DNA of 64,000 nt from Conchiformibius sp. (GTDB lineage: Bacteria; Pseudomonadota; Gammaproteobacteria; Burkholderiales; Neisseriaceae): the NCBI GenBank assembly GCA_029984035.1, contig JASBYJ010000001.1, positions 213,534-277,533 on the forward strand, in the 5' to 3' direction. This document shows positions 10,771 to 20,071 of this stretch, piece by piece; the stretch's first letter is position 1, and each line of letters starts with the position of its first letter. Both the position numbers and the translations under genes were made by a program. Under the pieces are notes generated by a model that worked only from the letters and a program-made list of their open reading frames with translations, was not told the DNA's origin and searched no databases.

Positions 10771-11703
10771 TTATGCGGCATAAGTCAGCCAATTGGCATA
10801 TTGCGGGTCGTGTCCGGTAACGATATCAAAGAAGCGTTGTTGTATGGCTTCGGTTATTTTGCCGCGGGTGCCTGCGCCGATGGCGCGGTTGTCGATTTCG
10901 CGGATGGGGGTGATTTCTGCGGCTGTGCCGGTGAAAAAGACTTCATCGGCGATATAGAGTTCATCGCGCGTGATACGTTTCTCAATCACTTCTACTCCCA
11001 TTTGTTGGGCAATTTTGATGACGGTTCGGCGTGTGATGCCGTCCAGTGCGACATCTAAGGCAGGCGTATAGAGCTTGCCTTGGCGTACGACAAAAATGTT
11101 TTCGCCCGAACCTTCGGCGACATAGCCTGCCGAATCCAGCAAAATGGCTTCATCATAGCCGCTTTGCTGGGCTTCGGTGTTGGCCATGATGGAATTCATG
11201 TAATTGCCGTTGGCTTTGGCTTTAATCATGGTGATGTTGGGATGGTGGCGGGTGAAGCTGCTGATTTTGCAGCGGATGCCGTTTTTGATGCCTTCTTCGC
11301 CAAGGTAAGCACCCCATGCCCATGCGGCAACGATAACCTGTACGTCGTCTGCTTTGGGGGCAATGCCCAGTTTGCCCGAACCGTAAAACGCCATCGGGCG
11401 GAAATAGCAGGATTTCAGGTGGTTTGCTTTGAGAACGTCTATGTGCGCCTGATTGATTTGTTCTTTGCTGAAAGGCAAAGTCATGCCGACGATTTTAGCG
11501 GAATCAAACAGGCGGTCGGTGTGGTCGTGCAGCCTGAAAATGGCAGGGCCGCGCGGAGTTTCGTAAGCGCGTACGCCTTCGAATACGCCCATGCCGTAGT
11601 GCAGGGTGTGGGTGAGTACGTGGGTTTTTGCTTCCCGCCAATCCACCATCTCGCCGTTGTACCAGATTTTGCCGTCGCGGTTGTCCATTGTAGGAGTGCT
11701 CAT
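10771..11703 (-). CDS. ilvE: Branched-chain amino acid aminotransferase (class IV PLP)
   Basis: MSTPTMDNRDGKIWYNGEMVDWREAKTHVLTHTLHYG at the N-terminus. Start ATG confirmed as CAT at 11701-11703. IlvE-like throughout. Confidence 0.9.
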   Translation of the reverse strand: MSTPTMDNRDGKIWYNGEMVDWREAKTHVLTHTLHYGMGVFEGVRAYETPRGPAIFRLHDHTDRLFDSAKIVGMTLPFSKEQINQAHIDVLKANHLKSCYFRPMAFYGSGKLGIAPKADDVQVIVAAWAWGAYLGEEGIKNGIRCKISSFTRHHPNITMIKAKANGNYMNSIMANTEAQQSGYDEAILLDSAGYVAEGSGENIFVVRQGKLYTPALDVALDGITRRTVIKIAQQMGVEVIEKRITRDELYIADEVFFTGTAAEITPIREIDNRAIGAGTRGKITEAIQQRFFDIVTGHDPQYANWLTYAA

Positions 11704-11854
11704 GATGGTTCTTTCTTGTTGTGTAAAAAAGCGTTTGGAAATGTATGCCCGATTATACACGCCGATAACGATTAAACAAGTATCAAAACGGCGCCAAATC
11801 GTTTAAACTTGCTGCTTTCAGGCAGCCCGAACCCTGCCTCACGGAGTTTTTACC

Positions 11855-12148
11855 ATGAAGATACTTTCTGCTGTGATGAAAATTGCCATCTTGGCTGTTT
11901 TTCTTGTTTTGGCTTTGAGCAATACCGCCCGCGTTCCTTTTACCTATCTGCCGGGTATGCACGTTGAATGGCCGCTGATTGTGATATTGTTTATCGCTTT
12001 TGCCGCGGGGGCCGTGTTCGGCATTTTCGCCCTGTTCGGGCGTTTGTTGCGTTTGCGTTCGGAAAACCGCACGCTTCAGCTTAGGCTGCAAAAAGCAGAA
12101 AAAACGGTTCAGGCAGCGGTGCCGCCTGCCGAGCATACCGAAGCCTGA
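11855..12148 (+). CDS. lapA: Lipopolysaccharide assembly protein LapA (YciS, DUF1049)
   Basis: 97 aa, two TM helices, immediately upstream of lapB as in other proteobacteria. Confidence 0.75.
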   Translation: MKILSAVMKIAILAVFLVLALSNTARVPFTYLPGMHVEWPLIVILFIAFAAGAVFGIFALFGRLLRLRSENRTLQLRLQKAEKTVQAAVPPAEHTEA

Positions 12149-12157
12149 GGAAAAAAT

Positions 12158-13342
12158 ATGGAAAATGCCGATATCGCGTTATTGCTTGTTTTGGTGGTGT
12201 TGTTGCCCGTGTTTTTTGCCATGGGCTGGTTTGCCGCGCGGATAGATATGAAAACCGTTTTGAAGCAGGCGAAAACCGTGCCGACCGGTTTTTACAGCGG
12301 CTTGGACGCTTTGGTGGACAAAAACACCGGCAAGGCGGCGCGTAATTTGGCGGAAGTGATTGACCAACAGCGCGGCAACAGCCAAGCCACTTATGATTTG
12401 CACCTGATTTTGGGCAAGCTCTACCGCCAATGCGGTGAAAACGACAAAGCCATCGCCATGCACAAAGCATTGTTGGAATCCCCCGATACGGTCGGAGAAA
12501 AGCGCGAACGGGTGTTGTACGAACTCGGATTGAATTTCAAAAGCGCGGGTTTGGTCGATAGGGCGGAGCAGCTTTTCAACGGTTTGAAAAGCGGCAATAT
12601 GGCTAAAGAAGCCAATCAAGTGTTGTTGAGCATTTACGAACAAGACCGCGATTGGCAGCAGGCGGTCGATACGGCACAGAGCCTGTCGCATGACGAACAA
12701 ACATATCAGTTTGAAATATCGCAGTTTTATTGCGAAATGGCGCAAGCTGCTTTGTTCCGCAACAGTTTTGACGAAGCGCGGCAATACGTTCAGGCAGCTT
12801 TGGCAGCCAATAAAAAATGTACGCGCGCCAATATGATTTTGGGCGATTTGGAACAAAAACAGGGTAATGCGGAAGCAGCGATTGCTGCGTACACCGCCAT
12901 TGAGAAGCAAAACCATGCTTATTTGGGCATGGTGGGCGAAAAGCTTTACGATGCTTATCAAAGTTTGGGACGCGAGCGCGAAGGTTTGGATGTGTTAATC
13001 GGTTATGCCAAGACGTTTCCCCATTTGGATTTGAACGGCGTGATTTATGAAAAATCTTTGCTGTTGCACGGCGAGGTGGCTGCCAACCAAATTATCGGCG
13101 AACTGGTTCGCGCCAAACCCGATTTGAACGGTGTGTACCGTTTGTTGGGCGTACAAATCAGCGGTATGAGCCCCGAGCGCAAGGCGGACGCGGATATGAT
13201 ACGCGGTGTGGTGGACAGGCAGATACAGAAATCGGTCATGTACCGTTGCCGTTATTGTCATTTCAAATCAAAGGTTTTCTTCTGGCATTGCCCCGCCTGT
13301 AACAAGTGGGAAACGTTTACGCCGAATAAAATCGAAGTATGA
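12158..13342 (+). CDS. lapB: Lipopolysaccharide assembly protein LapB (YciM): TPR repeats plus C-terminal rubredoxin-like zinc finger
   Basis: 394 aa. N-terminal TM, TPR repeats, C-terminal CRYCHFKSKVFFWHCPACNKWETF metal-binding motif typical of LapB. Confidence 0.88.
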   Translation: MENADIALLLVLVVLLPVFFAMGWFAARIDMKTVLKQAKTVPTGFYSGLDALVDKNTGKAARNLAEVIDQQRGNSQATYDLHLILGKLYRQCGENDKAIAMHKALLESPDTVGEKRERVLYELGLNFKSAGLVDRAEQLFNGLKSGNMAKEANQVLLSIYEQDRDWQQAVDTAQSLSHDEQTYQFEISQFYCEMAQAALFRNSFDEARQYVQAALAANKKCTRANMILGDLEQKQGNAEAAIAAYTAIEKQNHAYLGMVGEKLYDAYQSLGREREGLDVLIGYAKTFPHLDLNGVIYEKSLLLHGEVAANQIIGELVRAKPDLNGVYRLLGVQISGMSPERKADADMIRGVVDRQIQKSVMYRCRYCHFKSKVFFWHCPACNKWETFTPNKIEV

Positions 13343-13349
13343 GGTTTTC

Positions 13350-13374
13350 AGGCTGCCTGAAATGTTCAGGCAGC
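13350..13374. terminator. Inverted DUS pair hairpin (GGCTGCCTGAAatgTTCAGGCAGCC) downstream of lapB
   Basis: 11 bp perfect stem with 3 nt loop made from two opposed DUS copies. Confidence 0.6.
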
Positions 13375-13566
13375 CTTTATAGTGCATGAGTCGGCGCAAA
13401 ACGGTTCTTCAATGTTCGATTGTGCTGTAACATGCTGTCGGATATGGGTAGTGTTCGGGGTGTTTTGCTGCTGCATTTCAAGTCCGCTGATATGCTGCTC
13501 ATGTTTCAGGCTGCCTGAAAAGGTTGGGTGCAATGATAGACACGGATAGGTGTTTCATCATTTTTT

Positions 13567-14454
13567 ATGAAAATAAACAGATGGATAGTTATGAATCAAA
13601 CTGCGCAAATCATAGTCAGCTACGGTCGCCGTTACACCGTCCGCACCGATGACGGGCGGGTGTTTGACGCCACTACGCGCAGCAAACGTACCGATTATGC
13701 CTGCGGCGATAATGTGCGTATCGGTGTGCTCAACGGTGAGCAGGCGGTGATTGAAGAAGTGTTGCCGCGCCGCAGTTTGCTTTATCGGCAAGATGCCTAT
13801 AAATCCAAATTGATTGCGGCCAATGTCAGTCAATTGCTAGTGGTGATGGCTGCCAGCCCGACACCGAGTGAAATGTTGCTGCAACGGGCTTTGTTGGCAG
13901 CGGAAGCGGCAGGCATTCGGGCAGCCGTTGTGTTGAATAAAAGCGATTTGCCCGAAACGGCGGCATGGCGCGAGAAATTGCGTTTTTATGAGCAGTGGTA
14001 TCCTGTTTACAGCGTGTGCGCCGCCGAAAATGCCGATAGTTTGCAGGCTGTGTTAAAGGGGCATACCAGTATTTTTCTCGGTCAAAGCGGTATGGGAAAA
14101 TCTACTTTGACCAATGCCTTATTGGGTGAACAGGCGGCGCGTACCAATAGCATTTCTTCCGCTCTGGATTCGGGCAGACATACGACTACGCACGCACAAC
14201 TTTATGATTTGAATGCCGATACGTTTTTAATCGATTCGCCGGGTTTGCAGGCTTTCGGGCTGCATCATTTGGCAGCGGAGGATTTGTTGTCGTATTTTCC
14301 CGACTTGCGACATTTATACGGCCAATGCCGTTTTCACAACTGTACGCACCGCGCGGAGCCTGCCTGCCGATTGAAAGCAGCGGCGGAGCAAGGTGAAATC
14401 CGTGCCGAACGGTTGGGTTTTTTGCAGCAGATAACGGACGAATTGTTAAGATAG
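13567..14454 (+). CDS. rsgA: Ribosome small-subunit-dependent GTPase A (RsgA/YjeQ)
   Basis: 295 aa. Circularly permuted GTPase motifs (LNKSDL ... GQSGMGKSTLTNAL) and C-terminal zinc finger CRFHNCTHRAEPAC. Start may be M at 13591. Confidence 0.9.
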   Translation: MKINRWIVMNQTAQIIVSYGRRYTVRTDDGRVFDATTRSKRTDYACGDNVRIGVLNGEQAVIEEVLPRRSLLYRQDAYKSKLIAANVSQLLVVMAASPTPSEMLLQRALLAAEAAGIRAAVVLNKSDLPETAAWREKLRFYEQWYPVYSVCAAENADSLQAVLKGHTSIFLGQSGMGKSTLTNALLGEQAARTNSISSALDSGRHTTTHAQLYDLNADTFLIDSPGLQAFGLHHLAAEDLLSYFPDLRHLYGQCRFHNCTHRAEPACRLKAAAEQGEIRAERLGFLQQITDELLR

Positions 14455-14465
14455 CTTAAACGCAC

Positions 14466-14616
14466 TTTTCAGGCAGCCTTAACGCTGTCTGAAAATCTAT
14501 TGTGAAAGAGGGAAATCGGTTGGATAAATACTTTCAGGCAGCCTGAATGCTGTCTGAAAATCTATTGTGAAAGAGGGAAATCGGTTGGATGAATACTTTC
14601 AGGCAGCCTGAAAGTA
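14466..14616. repeat. 66 bp tandem direct repeat, 2.3 copies, each unit carrying a DUS (TTCAGGCAGCC) and a GCTGTCTGAAAA motif
   Basis: Units at 14466-14531 and 14532-14597 are near identical (3 mismatches). A third partial copy starts at 14598. Confidence 0.8.
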
Positions 14617-14627
14617 TCAACGGTAAA

Positions 14628-14656
14628 ACGCCTGCAAACGGATTTTCGTTTGCAGG
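14628..14656. terminator. Rho-independent terminator hairpin ACGCCTGCAAACGgattttCGTTTGCAGGCGT
   Basis: 13 bp perfect inverted repeat. It sits 3' of the DUF805 gene (minus strand) and 3' of rsgA (plus), so it is bidirectional. Confidence 0.7.
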
Positions 14657-14679
14657 CGTAATCGTTTAGAGGCGGAAAG

Positions 14680-15024
14680 TTATGCTTTCGGGTCTGCACC
14701 GAAACGGTTGCTGCCCGGTGTGCCGTTCAAGCAGAAAAATACCAGCAATACCAATCCGACAATCGGAATCAAGCCCAGCAGTATCCACCATCCGGAGCGG
14801 TCGGTGTCGTGCAAACGGCGTACGCTGACTGCCAATTGCGGCAGAAACTGTATCAAGGCATATATGCCTGACAGAATCGCGGTGCCGCCGAATAAAACGC
14901 CATCTACTATGCTCAATACCAGCAAAATAATGATATTGATTAAAAAGAACATCCAATATTCCTTACGGCGGGCGCGGCCATCGAAGGTGATGTAGTTTTT
15001 CATAACGTTTAAATACCAGTTCAT
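14680..15024 (-). CDS. DUF805 (YhaH-like) inner-membrane protein
   Basis: MNWYLNVMKNYITFDGRARRKEYWMFFLINIII is the typical DUF805 N-terminus. Start confirmed as CAT at 15022-15024 with RBS AAGGA. An alternative upstream in-frame ATG is at 15084. Confidence 0.75.
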   Translation of the reverse strand: MNWYLNVMKNYITFDGRARRKEYWMFFLINIIILLVLSIVDGVLFGGTAILSGIYALIQFLPQLAVSVRRLHDTDRSGWWILLGLIPIVGLVLLVFFCLNGTPGSNRFGADPKA

Positions 15025-15347
15025 ATTACCGTCCTTGCAGGTTGTTAACGGATTGTCCAAAAAGACAGAATCCATAGTAAACATTTTGTTGGTTGGTGTA
15101 AATACTCGGGCTGCGGATTTCAGGCAGCCTGTATGGCGGCGGCGACAGAATGCTGCGGAAAACGGTTGATTGACGGCTACGGTTGCTTTAAGGCATCGGT
15201 GTGATAGAAAAGTAATGAAACGGCTTGGCGGTGAGGCAGGCTGCCTGAAAAAATTGCCAAGCAATGATGTGCTTGGCAATTTTTGATGGTGTTGTTTGGG
15301 AAAAGGCTGTATTTCGAGTAAGCCGGTTAAGGCTGCCTGAAAGGTGT

Positions 15348-16646
15348 TTAAGCGGTTTGCATATCGTACAAACGGCGTACGGTTTTACCGATGGCGGCAA
15401 TGCCTTTTTTCATGATGTCGGCATTTTGGGCGATGCTGATGCGGATGCATTGCCGGGCGTGCGGATAATCTGCGGTGTCGATGCCGATGAAAAAATGTTC
15501 GCCCGGGATAACCAGCGTGCCTTCGGCTTTGAGTAATTCGTACAGTTCCATACTGCTGACAGGCAGATTGTCGAACCAAAGCCACAGGAAAATCGCGCCT
15601 TCGGGTTTGTGGATATACATCGGATAGCCGCTGAGTTCCTGTTTGAGCAGGGTGACGGCATATTGTGCCTGTTGCATATAGAAGGGCTTGATAACACGGT
15701 CGGATACGTCTTTGAGTTTCCCGTTGCGTATCAATGGGGCGGCGATGGCTGCGCCAAAACGGGTAGGGGCAAGATTGACAACGGCATTCATGGCGCTGAC
15801 GGCGGCGATGACTTCGGGTGCGGCCAATATGATACCGGTGCGGACACCCGGCAGGCCGATTTTGGACAGGCTGAAACACAAAATGATGTTGTCGTGCCAA
15901 ACGAGGGTGGTGTCGCTGTAGATGATATTGGGAAAGGGCATGCCGTAGGCGTTGTCGATAATCAGGGGAATGCCGTGTTGTCGTGCCAATGCGTCCAAGC
16001 GTGCCATTTCGTCATCGGTGAGGACGTTGCCTGTCGGATTGGTGGGGCGCGAGCAGCAGACGGCGCCGATTTTGCCTTGTTGCAGTTCGGGCAGCCGGTT
16101 TAGGGCGTCAAAATCAACGCTGTATTTGAAAAAGCCCTCTTCGCCGTTGTGTTGCACTTTTTCGATATGCGGCTGTACGGAAACAAAGTGGCAGCCTTCG
16201 GTGTGCGCATCGGCATAACCGACATATTCGGGTGCGAGCGGCAGCAGGATGGATTTTTCCGTGCCGTCTGCAAATTTTCCGCCGAAGAGATTGAATAAAT
16301 AAAAAAATGCGTTTTGCGAACCGTTGCATAACGCGATATTTTCAACGCCGACATTCCAGCCGTATTGCTGCCTGAAAAAGTCTGCCAAGGCGGCAATCAG
16401 TTTGGCATCGCCTTGCGGCGTAGAATAATTGCCGATATTTTCAATGGCATTATGGCAATCTTCCTGCCCGGCCAGTTCGCGGAAGACTTCGCGATACACG
16501 GCATTGACTTCGGGAATACGGGCAGGATTGCCGCCGCCGAGCATATTGACGGGTTTGTCGCTGTTGAGTGCCTTGCCCAAATCGTCCATGAGCTGGAGAA
16601 TACCCGTTTTGCGGGTGAATTTTTGGCCGAATGCGGAGAATTGCAT
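15348..16646 (-). CDS. avtA: Valine--pyruvate aminotransferase (alanine-valine transaminase), class I PLP aminotransferase
   Basis: 432 aa. AvtA-like overall (N-terminal GILQLMDDLG ... GGGNPA; PLP-lysine region SLSKIGLPGVRTG). Confidence 0.85.
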   Translation of the reverse strand: MQFSAFGQKFTRKTGILQLMDDLGKALNSDKPVNMLGGGNPARIPEVNAVYREVFRELAGQEDCHNAIENIGNYSTPQGDAKLIAALADFFRQQYGWNVGVENIALCNGSQNAFFYLFNLFGGKFADGTEKSILLPLAPEYVGYADAHTEGCHFVSVQPHIEKVQHNGEEGFFKYSVDFDALNRLPELQQGKIGAVCCSRPTNPTGNVLTDDEMARLDALARQHGIPLIIDNAYGMPFPNIIYSDTTLVWHDNIILCFSLSKIGLPGVRTGIILAAPEVIAAVSAMNAVVNLAPTRFGAAIAAPLIRNGKLKDVSDRVIKPFYMQQAQYAVTLLKQELSGYPMYIHKPEGAIFLWLWFDNLPVSSMELYELLKAEGTLVIPGEHFFIGIDTADYPHARQCIRISIAQNADIMKKGIAAIGKTVRRLYDMQTA

Positions 16647-16985
16647 GGTTTTCTTTCTGACGGGAAAGCGGGCAAGTGTAGCGTGATTCAGGCTGCCTGA
16701 AAACAGGAAAAGGGGCGATATGCGGATAAATCAGGCGCATCGGGTTTATGGAAATGGCATGTATCGTCAAAACGATTGTGAATGTTGGCGACAGGTTTGG
16801 GGCGCATAAGCATTGTAAAACGGCAGCTGTCGATATGGAGATAAAACCGAGTATCTGCTCTGCAAGACCGCGTGCTTCTTATTTCGATAGCACATAGTCC
16901 GCTTTTTTTGCCGCACTGTTATCCGATTCCGAAAGGCAAAAACCGCCTGAAATGATTACTTCAAGCGGTTGGTTTCAATACGGGT

Positions 16986-17293
16986 CATATTGCACCGTCA
17001 ATCATGCCGAAGCAGCAACGATAATTCAGGATTTAAAAAATAAACTGTTGTCATACTGCGCCGTCAATAATGCCTAAGCAGCAACGCGCCCGCTTGCGAC
17101 AAGGCTGCCTGAACGGTCATACTGCACCGTTAATAATGCCGAAGCAGTAACGGGGTTTGCACCCGTCCCGCACTCAGACCCCTATATTGCACCGTATAAA
17201 TGTAAACAATGTCGAAGCAGCAACAGGCAACACTATCAGGCGGCGCGGCTGTCCGCCATGTCGCACCGTAAATCATGCGGAAGTAGCAAACCG
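16986..17293. repeat. Array of five degenerate ~35 bp direct repeats at a regular ~66 bp period with unique ~31 bp spacers; CRISPR-like architecture, no cas genes adjacent
   Basis: Repeat starts at about 16986, 17052, 17118, 17183 and 17258. The fourth carries an 8 bp insertion. Intervening sequences are unrelated to one another, and one contains a DUS. Confidence 0.4.
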
Positions 17294-17380
17294 CAGCTAA
17301 AGATTTTTTTAATCGACTGCATGGATGTTCGGCATACCGCAATCAGCTTTATACGCATTATAATCATAACAAACTAATAC

Positions 17381-17866
17381 TTGGCTAAAAATGGGAATGA
17401 AATCATGGCGAATGGTTTTGCGGTTTATCCTTTTGCATTCGGCTGCCTGAAAATCGGCTATCAGGCGGATGCGGTAGTGTATTTGCAGAAAACGGACAGT
17501 TTCTCCGATAGCGGGGTCGCCACTGCTTTGAGCGATGAAGCTTATCGGCAGTTGCAGGAATATTGCGAAGGAAGGCGTAAGTTTTTTGATTTTCCCTACC
17601 GTTTATACGGTACGGCGTTCCAACAAAAAGTGTGGCAGGCATTATGCCGGATTCCTTACGGCGAAACGCGCAGCTACGGGCAGATTGCCGCCGAGACGGG
17701 CAATCCGAAAGCGGCGCGGGCGGTGGGTATGGCAAACAATAGAAATCCGATGATGATAGTCGTACCCTGCCACCGTGTGGTGGGAGCAAACGGCAGTTTG
17801 GTGGGATACGAAGGTGGTTTGGATATGAAGCAGGCCTTGTTGGATTTGGAAAAGCGGTATGTATAA
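17381..17866 (+). CDS. ogt: Methylated-DNA--protein-cysteine methyltransferase (Ogt)
   Basis: C-terminal half matches the Ogt family, with the active-site motif VPCHRVV and the helix-turn-helix DNA-binding region. Start may be MANGFAV at 17405. Confidence 0.85.
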   Translation: MAKNGNEIMANGFAVYPFAFGCLKIGYQADAVVYLQKTDSFSDSGVATALSDEAYRQLQEYCEGRRKFFDFPYRLYGTAFQQKVWQALCRIPYGETRSYGQIAAETGNPKAARAVGMANNRNPMMIVVPCHRVVGANGSLVGYEGGLDMKQALLDLEKRYV

Positions 17867-17871
17867 AACAA

Positions 17872-17899
17872 AGGCTGCCTGAAAGGTTTCAGGCAGCCT
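17872..17899. terminator. Inverted DUS pair (AGGCTGCCTGAAAggTTTCAGGCAGCCT), bidirectional terminator between ogt (+) and the potF-like gene (-)
   Basis: Perfect 13 bp inverted repeat located between the stops of two convergent genes. Confidence 0.65.
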
Positions 17900-17919
17900 G
17901 ATGTAATGCGTTTGATAAC

Positions 17920-19059
17920 TTAGCGGCTGATTTTCAGTTTTTGCCACAAAGCTGTGGTTTGTTTTTTCGCTTCGTCGCTCATTTGCGGCATAACAAAACC
18001 GTTTGCCATGTCATCGGCGGTCGGGAAAATCGAACGCGTTGCTACCAATGCGGGATCCATTTTTTCGCGTGCAGGCAGACTGGCGGGGGCAAATGTAACG
18101 AAATTGCCGTTGCGCGCGGCAATGTCCGCATCCAAGGTGTAGTTGATGTAATCGTGGGCGTTTTCGATGTTTTTGGCATCGGCGGGGATAACCCAAGATT
18201 CTACCCAGAAGCCCATGCCTTTGGGGGTCAGCACTTCAATGCCGACTTTGTTGCCGACTTCTTCCGCACGCGCTTTGGCCATATTCAAATCGCCGCCGTT
18301 GCCTGCAACCAAGCAGATTTCGCCGCGTGCCAATTCGTCAATGTATGATGGGCTGAAGCGTTTGATATCGGGACGGATGGCTTCCAATACGGCCGAAGCG
18401 GCTTCGATATCGGCAGAATTCACGCCTCTGGGGTCTTTGCCGATGTAGTTCAGTACAATCGGGAACATTTCGCTGGGGCTGTCCCACAATACAACGCCGC
18501 AGGATTTGAGTTTGTTGGTGTATTCGGGTTTGAACAACAAATCCCAACCGTTTTCAGGCAGCTCTCCGCCAAGCAGTTCTTTGCCTTTTGCGGTGATGGC
18601 GAGTGTGTTGGCGCCTGAGAAATAGGGGACGGCATATTGGTTGCCCGGGTCGGCTGCTTCGAGCAGCTTCAGCAGAGACGGGTCAATGTTTTTGTAGTTG
18701 GGAATTAAGTCTTTGTTGACTTTCTGATAAGCACCGGCATTGATTTGTCGCGGCAGGAAGGCGATACCGGGAACGGCAAGGTCATAGCCCGATTTGCCGG
18801 TCAGCATTTTAGCTTCCAGTGTTTCGTTGTTTTCGTACAAGTCGTATACCAGTTTGATACCGCGTGATTTTTTGAATTCGTCTACGGTTTCTTCATCTAC
18901 ATAGTTTGACCAGTTGTAGATATTCAAACTGTCTGTTGCCGCCGAACCTGTGTTTTGTTCGGGTATGTTTTGGGCGGGAGCGGCGTTTTCGGCAGACTGT
19001 CCGCCGCAGGCAGCCAAAGCCAGGGCAACGAGGGTGCTTAACAGGATTTTTTGTTTCAT
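17920..19059 (-). CDS. Polyamine (spermidine/putrescine) ABC transporter periplasmic substrate-binding lipoprotein, PotD/PotF family
   Basis: MKQKILLSTLVALALAACGG signal with lipobox, then PotF/PotD-like sequence. Start confirmed as CAT at 19057-19059. Confidence 0.85.
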   Translation of the reverse strand: MKQKILLSTLVALALAACGGQSAENAAPAQNIPEQNTGSAATDSLNIYNWSNYVDEETVDEFKKSRGIKLVYDLYENNETLEAKMLTGKSGYDLAVPGIAFLPRQINAGAYQKVNKDLIPNYKNIDPSLLKLLEAADPGNQYAVPYFSGANTLAITAKGKELLGGELPENGWDLLFKPEYTNKLKSCGVVLWDSPSEMFPIVLNYIGKDPRGVNSADIEAASAVLEAIRPDIKRFSPSYIDELARGEICLVAGNGGDLNMAKARAEEVGNKVGIEVLTPKGMGFWVESWVIPADAKNIENAHDYINYTLDADIAARNGNFVTFAPASLPAREKMDPALVATRSIFPTADDMANGFVMPQMSDEAKKQTTALWQKLKISR

Positions 19060-19210
19060 TATGTTATCTTCTCGTGAAGGTGGTTGAAAAAAGGGAATGG
19101 GGATTGTAAAGGCAGTTGGGTATACAGGCAATACAATTTATCTGATTTTTTTACGAAAAATGTAACTTTCTTGAATTATTGTTTTAAAAAAGGTAAACTG
19201 CAACGCTTAA

Positions 19211-20002
19211 TTGAATATAACAATCACATCTATGAATTCTGCTTTTGATTTGAAATCCGCACGTTTGGATGCATTGGTGCTGCGTTTGATGGATGCTGAT
19301 ATAGAAAATATTTCCCAACTTCTTGATAAAAAAAAGAAACAATATAAGAAATTTGCTGCAATGCCGCTGATTTTGGATACTTCCGAAATCGCGGAAGAGG
19401 CGTTGAAAAATATTCCCGAAATTATCGGGATGTTTGACGATAACGGTTTACCCTTTGCCGCATGGCGCGATTCGCGTGAACAATCCGCCCGAATGGCGAA
19501 AGAATGCGGTGTGTTTTTTCTGAAAGAGGATAAATACCTTTCTGCCAATCCCGTGGCGGAAAATACCGGCGAAGATATTCAGGCAGGCGAAGAGATGTCC
19601 GACAGGCTGCCTGAAAACGAAAATAGTGAAACGGAAACTTCCGATATTCAAACTGTTGCCCGCCGTACGGTAGTGGTGAATACGCCTGTGCGGACCGGTC
19701 AGCAAGTGTATGCGCAGCAGGCGGATTTGATTGTTTTGGGTATGGTGAGCGAAGGTGCGGAAGTGATTGCCGATGGCAATATCCATATTTATGCGCCGAT
19801 GCGCGGACGTGCTTTGGCAGGCGAATCGGGCGATATCCATGCACGGATTTTTATTCAGTCGATGCAGGCCGAATTGGTCTCTGTGGCCGGCGTGTACCGC
19901 GTTTTAGACCAAGATTTGCCGCCGCATCTGCATAGGAAACCCGTACAGGTGGAATTGAATTCGGAAGGCAGGCTGGCCATCAAATCTATTGACGCAAGAT
20001 GA
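19211..20002 (+). CDS. minC: Septum site-determining protein MinC
   Basis: 263 aa. C-terminal MinC domain (VVNTPVRTGQQVYAQQADLIVLGMVSEGAEVIADGNIHIY). Upstream of minD and minE. Confidence 0.85.
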   Translation: MNITITSMNSAFDLKSARLDALVLRLMDADIENISQLLDKKKKQYKKFAAMPLILDTSEIAEEALKNIPEIIGMFDDNGLPFAAWRDSREQSARMAKECGVFFLKEDKYLSANPVAENTGEDIQAGEEMSDRLPENENSETETSDIQTVARRTVVVNTPVRTGQQVYAQQADLIVLGMVSEGAEVIADGNIHIYAPMRGRALAGESGDIHARIFIQSMQAELVSVAGVYRVLDQDLPPHLHRKPVQVELNSEGRLAIKSIDAR

Positions 20003-20071
20003 TTTTCAGGCTGCCTGAAAAGGCGGTATAGAAATATTTTTACATTGACTTGTTTCGTGAGGAAAACAAAA

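Noticed and set aside
15385-15900. 171-aa and 95-aa Arg-rich ORFs overlapping avtA; similar overlapping ORFs inside maeB, pilU, ilvE, lapB, katA, mnmG and metZ
   Set aside because: All are shadow ORFs of confidently identified genes on the other strand or in another frame. They have low-complexity R/H/G/A-rich translations and no independent support.
16986-17293. Calling the 35-bp repeat array a bona fide CRISPR locus
   Set aside because: Repeats are degenerate, with several mismatches and an indel among only five copies. No cas genes or clear leader are present in the window, and the sequence does not resemble the neisserial type II-C repeat I recall. It is kept as a CRISPR-like candidate repeat only.
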